Shown piece after piece: positions 1 to 14,093 of a stretch of 64,000 bases of DNA. The position numbers and the translations under genes were made by a program. Below the pieces are notes generated by a model. The model worked only from the letters and a program-made list of their open reading frames with translations, ran no database searches and was not told where the DNA came from. The stretch comes from Eledone cirrhosa (Eukaryota): assembly GCA_964016885.1 (NCBI GenBank), contig OZ024746.1, forward strand, positions 34,038,001 to 34,102,000, in the 5' to 3' direction. Position 1 is the stretch's first letter. Every line of letters starts with the position of its first letter.

Positions 1-7
1 ACAATGG

Positions 8-42
<35 letters not shown>

Positions 43-797
43 TACTCACGATGGTATGTGTGATTATTCCGGTCTAAGTCAAATTATAACTACTGTTTTA
101 TATTCTGGCATTTGTACTTCTTTTGCTATGTTAGCATTTAAAAAAAATGTAATATACTTATTTTAGCTTGTTAATCCTTGTATCAACGTAACTAAAAATG
201 TATAATTATTTTTGTACGTTGGAATTTAAATTATAGAAATAGTTTTATGCAAAATGATGTGTATATAGAATTCATAACTATTTTGGTACATTAGAAATTA
301 TAAATATGTTATTGCATTAAATTATTAACTATTTTAGTCCGATATAGCTTATAAGTGGTTTGGTACATTCGAAATGTGTGCTGTGCTTTACCTTATATAG
401 TATTTATTAGTTTGATACAAAACTAGAATATATAAATATATTCCTGTATTGAAAGTAGCAATAATTTACATTTATTCATTTCTAAATATCGATTCTTATT
501 ACTTGCATAACATCAACTGTTTTTTTAGAGAATAAGGAATTCATTTAGACGAATATTATTTTATCAAACCACTCATTTCCACCCGTTTCACTAGCAGGGA
601 ATATTAGACTGGATGGAATTTCAACTCAATAAAAGTTAAGATCCAACTCAATTAGGAGAAGTGTGGACCAAAGATTGTATAAATAGAAGAAATTCCACTC
701 CAATAGAATTCAGTGAATGCAATATATGGAAGGGAATGGACATATGGGAGGTGAGGAGTTGGTGATGCGAGAGAGAAGAGAGAGAGAGAAAGAGAGA

Positions 798-852
<55 letters not shown>

Positions 853-1145
853 TATGAACAGATACAAATGATTATAATACACGTCTAACAATAGAAATCA
901 TTTTCAGTTTTAATTTTAAAGTGGTGTAATTGACATTATATTTCATACCCACTAACCGGAGTTATAATTCCTAACAAAGATTCGTTTATTTGTGAAGAGG
1001 CTTTACACGATGATTTCAAATATCAATTCCATAGAACTGTTTATTATCATTCGGAATTTAACTAAAAATAAATATAAGTCATTTTGACAATCTGCATTAA
1101 AACGCTGTCATTTTTTAAATTCATAACAGCTCGTTGTAAAATGGC

Positions 1146-1225
<80 letters not shown>

Positions 1226-1414
1226 CGAGAGAGAGAAAACCCTTCCATCGTTGTATTACTCTGAACATTAAATGAAAATCATAGGCAGTGGATTTCATTT
1301 GACAAACGGTAATAAACTAAGTCAAAAATTATACGGATTGATGGAATTTCTACGGGCAGTCGTGTGTCAGAAATCATCGCTATAATATTTTGCCGCTATT
1401 ATAAACATCAATCC

Positions 1415-1640
1415 TATCAAGTGCAAGTCGAATATCATCTTCTCTCGAATTAACTAACACAATGTCGTATGCAAATTCCATCCAACTGATTTTACACCCG
1501 CCTGCCATGATACCTGTTCCAATCCTATTCATGTAAATAATGAACAGGAGAGGTGACAGTACGCACCATTGAGTCCGACTACAACTTTGAATTGTTTCGA
1601 TTTAGTACCATTTATCCAAACGCAAATATTCGGGCATTCG
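1415..1640 (-). pseudogene. Degenerate non-LTR retrotransposon RT fragment (RTE-like)
   Basis: With a frameshift, the minus strand reads ..CVWINGTKSKQFKVVVGL/..CVLSPLLFIIYMNRI..MEFAYDIVLV.., a decayed QG..LSP..F and FADD region. Confidence 0.6.
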
Positions 1641-2376
1641 TCATAGTTGAATTCCATTCAAACTTATGTTAACATACGCTTACTGAAGTCACTCTGAGAA
1701 ATCCATAGTTATAATGTTGGCGGCGAGGGTGACAGCGTTGACATCTCCCTTCTACGAAGATTACAAACGCGTTTTTTCTAAACTCGGGAAAGCTTTTAAA
1801 TATATGTTTATATGCAATTGCAGTCGAGAAGAGTTCATTTAAGATCTTCTCAACAAAATGACCATATGGTTTACATACGCAAGTCGCCGATAACCAAAGA
1901 GCTAAAAATCAGTATAAAGCCACCCATTATTCATGACGTGGCCAGGCCATATTCGAGTGTAAGAAGCTAAGGACCGAAACACTTGCTTGGGTTTTCTTTT
2001 TGCTGAAGAATGTCTATTGTTCAACTCTCCTGGAATTTCTTACCTATGTTACAAAATTACTTTGCTTATGAGACACTTTATATCAAAAGAGATGTCTTCA
2101 TGAAATGCGTCAATACAGTATAATTGTTTATCACCTGTATACTAAGATAATAGATTTTTATTTAATTCACTTATCATCGAAATCTACAGCCTAATTACGA
2201 GATACTGAAAAGATTGTCTTGAAAGATTGAAAGGTGGTTAAATTATACATATAGACAATTTCACACGCTTAAACGTACATATTGACGGACACGAGACACA
2301 CACACTCAAACATACACAGCCCCCTCCCGCCACACACTCATATACATATACATACTTACACACACACACACACACA

Positions 2377-2411
<35 letters not shown>

Positions 2412-2538
2412 ATGTATGCGTACCTTTAAAAAATAGAGGAAAATCGATTCATTACAATAAACATTGTTTTCAGATAGCGAAGAGAGTAAAATAAAAATTG
2501 TAAAAACAAATGCGGATACAAAAAGTATACAAACAATT

Positions 2539-2650
2539 GTTTCTACTTTAGGCACAAGGCCAGCAATTATCCAGTGCATTACTGGTACTTTATTTTATCG
2601 ACCCCGTAAGGATGAAAGGCAGAGTCAACCTCGGCGGGATTTGAACTCAA
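2539..2650 (-). mobile_element. tRNA-derived SINE family A, 5'-truncated copy
   Basis: Shares gtttctactttaggcacaaggcc...atcgaccccgtaaggatgaaaggc...cctcggcgggatttgaactc with about 11 other copies in the window. Confidence 0.8.
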
Positions 2651-3843
2651 TACAAATAATGATAACATTCCTGAAAGAAACTGCACAAATTTGACTATAC
2701 ACTAAATAACACATTTGAGGAATTATTTAAATTACAACGTAGGGGAAAATCAACATTGTTTAACATTTATTGTAATGTTCCTATAACATTTCTTAAAAGT
2801 ACAATGACTGGGATATTTCCTGAAAATCACCCACTCAGCTGCATGCACATACATGCACAAATAAACACACACACACATACACACCAACACTCCAACGAAG
2901 ACTGAAGGTGCATTATCAACGAATTGTATGTAATATATAACTAAATTCTAGTCAAAGTTAAGTGCATTATAAAATGAATAACATTTAATTCATAACGAGA
3001 ATAGTGTTGTCACTCATGTCATGGGTAATAACATCGTAATACTTGAACAGAAGAATAACACCCATACTCTCCTATATTTTATAAAATATGTAACCCTAAT
3101 ATTATGGCTTATGGATGATATATTCAGCGCTCAAAAAATATATCCAATATTAGTCCAAATAAATGAAAAAATTGAAAAGACACTCATATCGAAATCGGAT
3201 TTCTCTGAAAATTCACGTATATTAAAAAAGTAAAAAAATAAATAACTTTCGTGGGAACTAAATTATTTTCGATGAGTAATAAAAATATGCATATATATAT
3301 ATTTGAACACCTACACCCGCCCCCCAAAAAAAGAAGAAAAATATTAGTTGTGATTTCGAAACCCATGAAAGAGCATTGATGTGTGAATTCTTGAGTGGAT
3401 TCCTCTGTCCGACGAAATGAAACATAAAATAAATATTTTGTGCATATGAATGCACGTAATTAATATAAAGGATGGCATAAAGAATTACGTGAATGTAAGT
3501 GGTTATCGTTCACAAAACTCGAATGAAATTTGCCCGTTCTGTCTGAAATTTGCCCTTTCTATTATTTATTCGAAAGATTCGAATTTTATATTCCGATACT
3601 GATTTTATTTCAAATATCATCAAAGTAACTGGACTGGTCTATTTTAATCATGGCCCTATTGGTTTACCTTTGAAAATCACATCATAATTTTATAAAGAAT
3701 GATCGATTTTATATTGATTAACTAGACTGCAATCGAAATATGTTTCTGGGGACTCGTATCAATTGTTAATACTGGCAATCGGTATGTATGTGTGTGTCAA
3801 TCTAAATATGTATCCATACATCTATCTAAATACACACACAAAC

Positions 3844-3901
<58 letters not shown>

Positions 3902-4394
3902 ATAGCTATCTCTCTTTCCATATATATAAATATAAATTCAGCGAGAATCGCATTTCGGCGGGTAGAAAAAGCGAAACGCAACGCAAATTCCGCGTCATGC
4001 TGGTAAGCCCTCCATGGGCTAAAAGACCAGAGCAATAAACATAGGTTATACAGGCCATACAAACTGAGAAAGCGGTCTCGAAGCCATAAACCACCTAAGC
4101 CCAAAACAAGTCAAGCTAAACAGGTCAGATAAAATAAATGACATAATCATATAAATATATAGACATATATATATATAACAAACCTGGACCATTGGAATTG
4201 ATGGTAAAATGCAGTACAGTTTTTCTGCGACACCTAAATCAATAATACTGTCTGCTTAAAACAATAAGCTTTGCTTAAAACAATAAGCTTTTGGTATAAT
4301 GATCGAACGAGGAATATCACTTTATCAACAGGTATTTTGTTCTGCGCCAGTGTTGTGGATGACACAGTGTTTCGTATATATATTTATTCAACTA

Positions 4395-4690
4395 TAGGCA
4401 CAGCAGTTTAGTGCGGAGGAGAAAGTCAATTAAATCAACACAAGTGCATTACTGGTGCTTTATTTTATCAACCTCGTAATGATGAAAGGCAAAGCTAACC
4501 TCGGCAGGAGTTGAATTCAGAATGTAAAGGACCATAGCTTTATAGAGCTAAGTATGTTTTCCGACGCACTACCGAATCTGCCTATCCACCGCCCTTAATA
4601 ATAATTTACATTTGGCACAAGGACAGCAATTACCCAGTGCATTACTGATACTTTATTTTATCGACCCCGTAACGAAGATAGGCAAAGTTA
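4395..4690 (-). mobile_element. Two adjacent SINE family A copies (about 4395-4597 and 4610-4690)
   Basis: Same family motifs; the first copy keeps the head (ccaccgccctt at about 4587-4597). Confidence 0.7.
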
Positions 4691-5102
4691 AAATAATAAT
4701 AACAGGAAGTATGAACGAGGTATCAACATAACATTACTATGTTTATTCACATGTGACACACTGTTTACGATCGTTCATCTCAGGCTACAACCAGTTTCGA
4801 TCGTACACGATACAGAAACCAATAGTGCATCAGACATAAAGAATCCACTATTCTCATAGGCTGTTAATTCTAGAGTCGGCCACGATCGCTGCTGGTTGTA
4901 TATTGAACTGATCGATCGCGAAATACACATGACACGTGAATAAACATAGTGATGATATCTTGATTCTTCGTTCTTACTCATTATTGTTCTTATTAATATT
5001 GAGCCTGTTAAGGAAACCGGCTATTGTGGAATAATAAATGTGCAATACAACAGAGGTATCCGGACGCGCTTAGGCATTGTATACCGAAAGTTGTAGATTA
5101 AA

Positions 5103-5183
<81 letters not shown>

Positions 5184-5187
<4 letters not shown>

Positions 5188-5370
5188 GCATTTTTACCAA
5201 TTCCAACACACCCGTCGCTTTAATCTATTTTATTTCCCATTCTTTCTTCTGATGAAGGACTAGCGTCGGAAACGTTAAGGCTCTCTTCCTGGTATTTCGA
5301 GCGTTAACCTAATATATTCCTTCCATATACTGTACAAATTGTGTTGTTATTTCTGTTTACCTTTTACGTA
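5184..5370 (+). mobile_element. Short (TA)n-flanked PLE pLTR-derived element carrying a minimal hammerhead
   Basis: Bounded by (TA)n on both sides; related to 55050-55240 and to a 3'-end fragment at 56045-56110 (-). Confidence 0.6.
5245..5282 (+). ncRNA. Minimal type I hammerhead motif (degenerate stem II)
   Basis: CTGATGA (5249) a-ggac tagc gtcg GAAA CG TTA; the stem III sequence AACGTT is palindromic, as in PLE minimal HHRs. Confidence 0.55.
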
Positions 5371-5373
5371 TAC

Positions 5374-5452
<79 letters not shown>

Positions 5453-7562
5453 GACACAGGGCTTTACTTTCAAACCAAGTTACGTATATTAAAGCCTAGG
5501 GACAGAAAATGATACACACTAACATGACAAACACAACTGTATATGTATATATGTTTTATGTATGTATCTGTGTATGAGTACGTGTAGGTGAATGCTGAGA
5601 TTGGCATATTGGGTGCGTGTTTACATTGAACAAGCAGTTACAACAATATCGTATCTCCTTATATGCTCTCAAATTACGTTCCAAATCGCTTTTAATGTTT
5701 ACATACAAGCGTTGATAAAGATGTTTTAGGAGAAATCTTGGAAAGTAGTTTGCAGCTGCAATATGAAATAAATATGACAACACACATCCTTAACATTATC
5801 GTCATCAATATCTCTTGGTATACATCCTCTACATCATCATCATCAATCGCAACATCTTCGACCTTCCCGTCATCGACGTTCTCCTCTTCATCCTCACCAC
5901 CACTACCACAACCATCATCGTCATCATCATCATCAACATCATCAACATCATCAACATCATCATCATCATCAACATTGACAGTAACAAAAATTATAACACA
6001 ACTATGTGGCATAATATGAACAGTTATATAAAATTCAGAATGTTATTTACACAAATCTGAATAAAGAACTAGCATATTTTCTCTTTCTAACGTCAGCCAA
6101 GCGATCTCCGTGAGAAAAGTATTGTAGATTTTTAAAACGAATTTTGTGATTCACTCGTGTGAATTAAAGTTACCAGAAAGTATAAAATGAACATTTCGGT
6201 AATGATTTGGATGAGGCATTAGCGGTGTTGTTCGAATTCATATGTTACCTTTTTTAATTAATCTTTCTAATATTCTGACTCGCACTGATAACATTGAGTA
6301 ATCATGAATTTACCCAATGAAATGACTGCTAGAAATGTATTCTTATGATGCTTCTCCTTAATGGTTTGCTTATCGATTAGCTATTTTTCGTTTTCGATTT
6401 GGGGAAATTAATCCATGCATGACTATCTCATTTGAATTTTAGTCGAATTGGATCAAAACCTTTTTTTATTAAATGTTGTCTTCTTTTAAGATATTCTGAT
6501 ACAAAATATTTTCAGTTATATTTATCAAATAATCTTACCGACTTCTATGTTTTCCTTCATTAATTCGGCGTCAACGTTCCTATTACTTTGGGAAGGCTAC
6601 AAATCTATACTCGCATTAAATTAATTCATACAAAATACCAACCAAATGTAAATAATGTAATATCCCCTCAGCACATGATTGTGCATCCATCTACTCCAGG
6701 CGTCTAAAAAAATATTTATTTCTTGCATAAGAAGCATATTTTAGTGGAGATTAAATTTGTTGTCCGTTGTTTTTAAGTTCGTCTTGTCTGGTTTGGAGAA
6801 GAAACTCAAATTCATTCCAGACTAATTTTCTCTTTGTGTTTTTCTAACGAGTAAACGTTGTCCTTAGGAAACGGAAAATTAATTATTAGTTTACTATAAA
6901 ACGTTAATTTCCGTATGGTTTATTTGCGTGTAGGAATACTCCCTCGGATAGAAATACAGCGTAATGAAGTTCCCCCATTGTATGCCGTTAACAGTTTGCC
7001 CTAACTCGTTTAAAACAAGAAATACAAGAACAGACGCGTGACATGAACTGCAAGCTGTATTTCCTATATCGAAGAGGAAATACGAATTGAATCAAAACAG
7101 TTTCACTATTCATGAGGGCCACTGGCAACGAAATGTATGTTGGAAAATAGGGCAAAAATACAATATTGTGAACAAAAACCATACAAATCAATAATATATT
7201 GATAGATGAAAGCAAACAGAGTTAAGAGGATTAAACTTAAGACAGATTTAGAAATACTTACGAATGAATGATCTAAACACTTGAACAGTCCCAAATGATG
7301 GTACGGATTATCGTGGAATACAATAGAAGCATTATCCAACTACTTAATACCAAATATTATGACCCATATACAATTATCAGAATCGATAGTTGTTATATGT
7401 ACTGGAGATATATATATCACTCGCATAAACAGTAATATGCTATATAGGAAATACGTAGAATTAATTATACTCGAAGAAAATATATTGCGATACTATAGAA
7501 TTGATATGAGATCCACAAAAACAGAATAGAATTTTATACACACACACACACAATCACACACA

Positions 7563-7632
<70 letters not shown>

Positions 7633-7897
7633 CAAATAACGAAACGAGATCAAACCTCGCTTCGTTTGTAACTCACTTTTGTATGACTGACGCTTAAGCA
7701 CTTAAGTTAAAAATGTACATCCACATATGTATACTGAAATACTAGTATGCATATGAATACACACACGTATACATATGTAGATGTACCAAGTTTTTCACTG
7801 GTCACTTTACTGTGAGTGTCCAGCTATTCTGTATGTAAACACACAGACAAACCGGTTTTTAGAGTCATACTGGTTTTTGAGGAAACACCTTTCCTCT

Positions 7898-7993
7898 ATT
7901 CTCCAGAAAGCCAGACAAGAAATATTGAACTAGTTTCGTTGTTGTTACAACTCATCAGCAACATTTACCTATCTCCCGGCCTTTCTGGAGAAT
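7898..7993 (-). ncRNA. Type I hammerhead ribozyme, unit 1
   Basis: Reverse complement of the 9265-9360 motif; TCATCAG at 7952-7958; predicted cut between 7928 and 7927. Confidence 0.85.
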
Positions 7994-8363
7994 TGTAAAA
8001 GCACATATCGTTATATGCCTTTTCCATGAAAATTAGTAGTGGGCAGACTAATTTGCATAGAGTGTGAGTACGTACCGGTTCAACGGAGACGATAAAAACA
8101 AATAACGAAACGAGATCAAACCTCGCTTCGTTTGTAACTCACTTTTGTATGACTGACGCTTAAACAATTAAGTTAAAAATGTACATCCACATATGTATAC
8201 TGAAATACTAGTATGCATATGAATACACAAACGTATACATATGTAGATGTACCAATTTTTTCACTGGTCACTTTACTGTGAGTGTCCAGCTATTCTGTAT
8301 GTAAACACACAGACAAACCGGTTTTTAGAGTCATACTGGTTTTTGAGGAAACACCTTTCCTCT

Positions 8364-8459
8364 ATTCTCCAGAAAGCCAGACAAGGAATATTGAACTAGT
8401 TTCGTTGTTGTTACAACTCATCAGCAACATTTACCTATCTCCCGGCCTTTCTGGAGAAT
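8364..8459 (-). ncRNA. Type I hammerhead ribozyme, unit 2
   Basis: TCATCAG at 8418-8424, exactly 466 bp from unit 1. Confidence 0.85.
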
Positions 8460-8829
8460 TGTAAAAGCACATATCGTTATATGCCTTTTCCATGAAAATT
8501 AGTAGTGGGCAGACTAATTTGCATAGAGTGTTAGTACGTACCGGTTCAACGGAGACGATAAAAACAAATAACGAAACGAGATCAAACCTCGCTTCGTTTG
8601 TAACTCACTTTTGTATGACTGACGCTTAAACAATTAAGTTAAAAATGTACATCCACATATGTATACTGAAATACTAGTATGCATATGAATACACACACGT
8701 ATACATATGTAGATGTACCAAGTTTTTCACTGGTCACTTTACTGTGAGTGTCCAGCTATTCTGTATGTAAACACCCAGACAAACGGGTCTTTAGAGTCAT
8801 ACTGGTTTTTGAGGAAACACCTTTCCTCT

Positions 8830-8924
8830 ATTCAACAGAAAGCCAGACAAGGAATATTGAACTAGTTTCGTTGTTGTTACAACTCATCAGCAACATTTAC
8901 CTATCTCCCGGCCTTTCTGGAGAA
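8830..8924 (-). ncRNA. Type I hammerhead ribozyme, unit 3
   Basis: TCATCAG at 8884-8890; core intact, with a few substitutions in distal stem I. Confidence 0.8.
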
Positions 8925-9264
8925 ATTGTAAAAGCACATATCGTTATATGCCTTTTCTATGAAAATAGCTGGACACTCACAGTAAAGTGACCAGTGAAAA
9001 ACTTGGTACATCTACATATGTATACGTGTGTGTATTCATATGCATACTAGTATTTCAGTATACATATGTGGATGTACATTTTTAACTTAATTGTTTAAGC
9101 GTCAGTCATACAAAAGTGAGTTACAAACGAAACGAGGTTTAATCTCGTTTCGTTATTTGTTTTTATCGTCTCCGTTGAACCGGTACGTACTCACACTCTA
9201 TGCAAATTAGTCTGCCCACTACTAATTTTCATAGAAAAGGCATATAACGATATCTGCTTTTACA

Positions 9265-9360
9265 ATTCTCCAGAAAGGCCGGGAGATAGGTAAATGTTGC
9301 TGATGAGTTGTAACAACAACGAAACTAGTTCAATATTTCTTGTCTGGCTTTCTGGAGAAT
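9265..9360 (+). ncRNA. Type I hammerhead ribozyme, inverted unit
   Basis: aaatgttg-CTGATGA-gttg(taacaa)caac-GAAA-c(ta)g-TT^caatattt; distal stem I attctccagaaag/ctttctggagaat lies beyond an internal loop; predicted cut 9330/9331. Confidence 0.88.
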
Positions 9361-10920
9361 AGAGGAAAGGTGTTTCCTCAAAAACCAGTATGACTCTAAA
9401 AACCGGTTTGTCTGTGTGTTTACATACAGAATAGCTGGACACTCACAGTAAAGTGACCAGTGAAAAACTTGGTACATCTACATATGTATACGTGTGTGTA
9501 TTCATATGCATACTAGTATTTCAGTATACATATGTGGATGTACATTTTTAACTTAATTGTTTATATATATATATATATATATATACATATGTAGGTGTGT
9601 ATGTGTTTGTGTGAGTGTGTGTGTGATGTGAGTGTGTGTGTGTGTGTATTGTATATTAAATAATACACGGGATGTTTAGGATAAACATTTGAAGGACTTT
9701 CGCTAGCTTGAATTATTTTAATGTTGTTATCGTCACACGCTCAGCAAAAACATTGAGTACTGCTCGGGGCGTTTCTAACTTATTAGCTTTTGTAAAGACT
9801 ACAAAGCTCCAATCTTTGCTGAGACTAATGTAAGCTTGAATTTTATAGATTCCATGTCTATGTTTATTCCAGCCTACGTTTATGAGCTGGTGAATCTAAT
9901 TTGCATACGGATCGGTAGCCGGCCTGACATAAGAATTGGTGCTCTGATATAGCGATAAACATGAATATATTGTATATTGAATAATTTACGTTATGTTTTC
10001 GAACAAATATTTTAATGTTTTTTACTATGAATTTCTTAAGTTTTTGATCATCGTCACAAACTCGCGTAGCCAATAAATCGTGAGCCTCAATGGTTAGAAT
10101 AGTCTTTAAATTATTTTTAAATCTAAAGGCCAAGCTTAAACGTTTCGCCTAGTATAATACAAAGCGTTTAAAATTGATCTCATTATTCACATATAGAAAA
10201 AAATAATACCAGCATTTATTTTATTTATACTATGAAGTACTAATTTACCAGACAACGGGGTTATGACATTTGAAAACTGTTCCATTCCACTTATGTATCG
10301 TTTGGTTTTCGTTTGAGAAAATATGAAAATCACAATATACCAGAGAGTGATTTCAAATAATTACATATTGTAAATAGAAAAGAGCAAGATATGAGAGCCG
10401 GGGCTATACTACATATTCCACTCATCCAGTGTCATATAATGTATAACGAAGCATAAATCCCCAGAGAAAGAATAATAAAATCATAACGAGATACTTCGGA
10501 TTTTATATCTATCGCTGTCTCTAACATTTAAACTATTACACGATAGATCGAATGAAAACTAGCGTGTAAACATATGTGAACATTTGTTTCATTTCACCTA
10601 TTTTCATAACCTGTATGAGTTAGGAAGTTATAATTCACCTCGTTCCTTTATATAGTTGATGCGTTACTGTTTATTTACCGTATAACAAGAGCACTCTCAG
10701 AAAATATAATGTATTATTGAGAAAGTCACTTGGATTCTGTGCTCGAAGAAAAGAGTTTATTTAACCCCCACACCTTATTGAAAGTATGTTCTCAACAGCT
10801 GTCAGAATTCCAGTGTTTTAAACTTAAACAGTCATATGAGACTTTCTCATCCCAGAACGCATTTGTCCTAACTACCTCCTCTCCCTCTCTTCGCTTCTCT
10901 CTCTCTCCTCTCCTCTCTTT

Positions 10921-11010
<90 letters not shown>

Positions 11011-11013
<3 letters not shown>

Positions 11014-11142
11014 GGCATGGCTTAGTGGTTAGAGCATTGGGCTTGCAATCGAAAGGTTGTGAGTTCAATTCTCGGACCGGGTGATGTGTTGTTTCCGTGA
11101 GCAAGACACTTTATTTCACATTGTTCCAGTTTACTCAGCTGT
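11011..11142 (+). mobile_element. tRNA-derived SINE family B
   Basis: A box TGGCTTAGTGG and B box GAGTTCAATTC, followed by a gagcaagacactttatttcac core; abuts (GT)n. Confidence 0.75.
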
Positions 11143-11774
11143 AAGACCAATATTCAGCAGGTTACCCGATGCTTGGGATAGTAGAATGTGATTATATTGA
11201 AAAAAGGTTGCGGCCCGACAGCTGAGCTCTTGCCGTTTCGACACGTAATCCCAGAATGTGGTATTTTAGTGATGAGAGGAGAATTTGACTGAGTTGAAGA
11301 ACTGTGAAGGGGAAATGGAATTCAGTTATCATCTTCATTTATTACGTTGTTGGCTTTTCGATATATGTTTGTTGTTTCGAGTGTTACAATTATGCTTGTT
11401 GCGTTTGTTGCACGTTGCCTTGCTAAAGTTTATTTTTACATCAACAACCGGCCACAATTACACACCAGAGTTGGAACAATACCACACACTCGAAACACCA
11501 CATGAATCATAATACCGTCAAACAGATCAGTGATCTTTTTGGAAAGGTTAAATATATATAGGTATTTATTTTTGTTGACTGTTATGAACGGGCATGGCAG
11601 TGCAGTTTTTGGTCTGGGAGTGTACCAATTTAGGTTGCATCAATGCTCGTCTCGTATCTGCAATGAAGTTGGATATATTCTCTGAACACTCTGAACGCAG
11701 AAATGTGGAAGGCCTTGCGCAAATGCAGACACACATACAGACACACCCAAATAAGCCAAGAATGGAGATGGAGG

Positions 11775-11865
<91 letters not shown>

Positions 11866-11992
11866 AGAGAGAGAAAGAGAAAAGGAGCTAAATATAATTA
11901 AAACTAAGACCGTGGCGCCAATGGGGTTTCTCTCTCTCTCTATGTATATATGTATATAACTGTTCGATAAATATACTGATTTATAAAGTAAT

Positions 11993-12165
11993 TGTTTCTA
12001 CTTTTGGCACAAGGCCAGCACTTAACCAGTGTATTACTGGTACGTTATTTTATCGACCCCGTAAGGATAAAAGGCAAAGTTAAGCTCGGCGGGATTTGAA
12101 CTCAGAATGACAAGGGCCGTAACTCTTTGATTCAAAGCATGGCGTCAGACCCTCTACCAATACTG
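11993..12165 (-). mobile_element. SINE family A
   Basis: Family motifs, near full length. Confidence 0.8.
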
Positions 12166-12330
12166 GAAATATAGCAACATATTACAATGGTAAATAGATA
12201 TTCCCATGCCCACACACGTATTTATAGCAAAAATGTAAAAGTCATGCCAATATTTACAGATAAATTAAGACAAATATAACAAGACATGTGAAGGAAATAT
12301 TGTTCTCAATACAGAGAGAAAGTAACGCAT

Positions 12331-12419
<89 letters not shown>

Positions 12420-12424
12420 ATATG

Positions 12425-12474
<50 letters not shown>

Positions 12475-12679
12475 ATATATAACCATATATATATATATAT
12501 ATATATGGGGTGCGTTAGTTCGGATCTAACTGTCGAAAGTGCCGGAGCTCCGACGTCGGGGACTTGACTCTTTTCCTATATATATATATATATACAGAGA
12601 GATAGAGAGAGGGAGTGAGAGGGACAGAGGAAGAGAGAGAGAGAGATGGAGAGAGAGAGGGGGGAGCGAGAGAGGTGTG

Positions 12680-12731
<52 letters not shown>

Positions 12732-13128
12732 GTATAGATAGAAGAATGTAGCAAGCTTAACACAAATAGAGAAGTACATTTTTGTAATCCGTTCATCCAT
12801 ATAAGATATTTATTTACCCTTCTGTAAAAGAAATTACATTAACCATGTATGAAATAGGAATCAAATCTTAATACATGAGTAGTTTCTGAAAATATACATT
12901 ATCTCAAAAGAGAACTCAGTGAACTTATATAATTTTAATACTAACGTAAATAAGACCTTGCTGTAATCATACTTGAACTCAAAATTCTGAGATGATAGAA
13001 TTATCCACACATTGTTAACGCAGAACTGAAAATAATATATCCACATGATGTGTGCTATGAAGTTAGAGAAGTCACAGCATGGAATATAATCTTTATACAT
13101 ACACACACGCACACACTTACATAGAAAC

Positions 13129-13250
<122 letters not shown>

Positions 13251-13563
13251 GAGAGAAGTTGATATGTAGCCTTAGGGGTAGAATATTTTTCAATTCACAC
13301 AGAAACAAACACACTTATATACATACATATATATATATCTGTCTGCTCGGCCATACCGAAGTCTTACAAGTTAGTTTCAAAATAATTGTATGTAAGCTGA
13401 CTCTCTTCCTATGTTCAACGTGACACTTTCAATACTTCCAACACCCAAACACACTTCTTTCTTAAATGTATTTCAGACATCATCGCTCACTTCATTCTTT
13501 TAATAGATATCTATATCTCGATCGAACACCATGTCCATGGTTTCATGTGATCCACAGTAAATT

Positions 13564-13718
13564 GTTTTGTTTAATTTATGTCGAAGAAATTACGCACTGT
13601 GTATCAAGATACAATGAAATGCATCTTTCACTATGTGTTTATGCGTGTATTCACATACATATATATGTTTAAGATATATACACAAACACGCACATAGACA
13701 CACACACACACACATGTT

Positions 13719-13758
<40 letters not shown>

Positions 13759-13928
13759 AACATGTGTGTCTGTGTGTGAGTTTGTGTGTGCATGTCTATG
13801 TGCATGTTTGTGTATATATATTATCATATATATGTATATGAATACACGCATAAACACATAGTGAAAGATGCATTTCATTGTATATTGTTACACAGTTCTT
13901 AATTTCTTTGACATAAATTAAACAAAAC
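13564..13928. repeat. Diverged palindrome centred on (TA)n
   Basis: gttttgtttaatttatgtc...atgcatctttcactatgtgtttatgcgtgtattca is mirrored at 13825-13928; the centre is (TA)n at about 13727-13753. Confidence 0.85.
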
Positions 13929-14023
13929 TTATAGCCTCGTTTAAATGATTTTCATGTGGTTGATTTATACCGATTGGGAGAAGAAATACTATATATATTT
14001 TATCTAATGATTCTTTGGACTTA

Positions 14024-14093
<70 letters not shown>

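Larger units (their letters stand above)
7626..9563. mobile_element. 466-bp tandem array (about 2.9 units) plus about 1.3 inverted units; retrozyme-like, inserted in (TA)n
   Basis: Units start at 7626, 8092 and 8558; inversion at about 8964; (TA)n on both flanks; one HHR per unit. Confidence 0.9.

Noticed and set aside
4745-4840. Possible hammerhead relic on - (atgt-CTGATGC...GTC^acat)
   Set aside because: Core is degenerate and stem II is ambiguous.
5692-6060. Asp-rich and Ser-rich ORFs
   Set aside because: They are translations of a degenerate (CAT)n repeat with no domain or splice support.
7626-8966. CRISPR-like array or simple satellite
   Set aside because: There are no short repeats with unique spacers; whole 466-bp units repeat and the DNA is eukaryotic.
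7816-9442. Four near-identical 60-80 aa ORFs (MSSYSVCKH...)
   Set aside because: They have GTG starts, run antisense to the hammerhead and show no protein motif; they are a by-product of the tandem unit.
11011-11085. tRNA gene
   Set aside because: A and B boxes are present, but there is no full cloverleaf and it continues into a SINE body.
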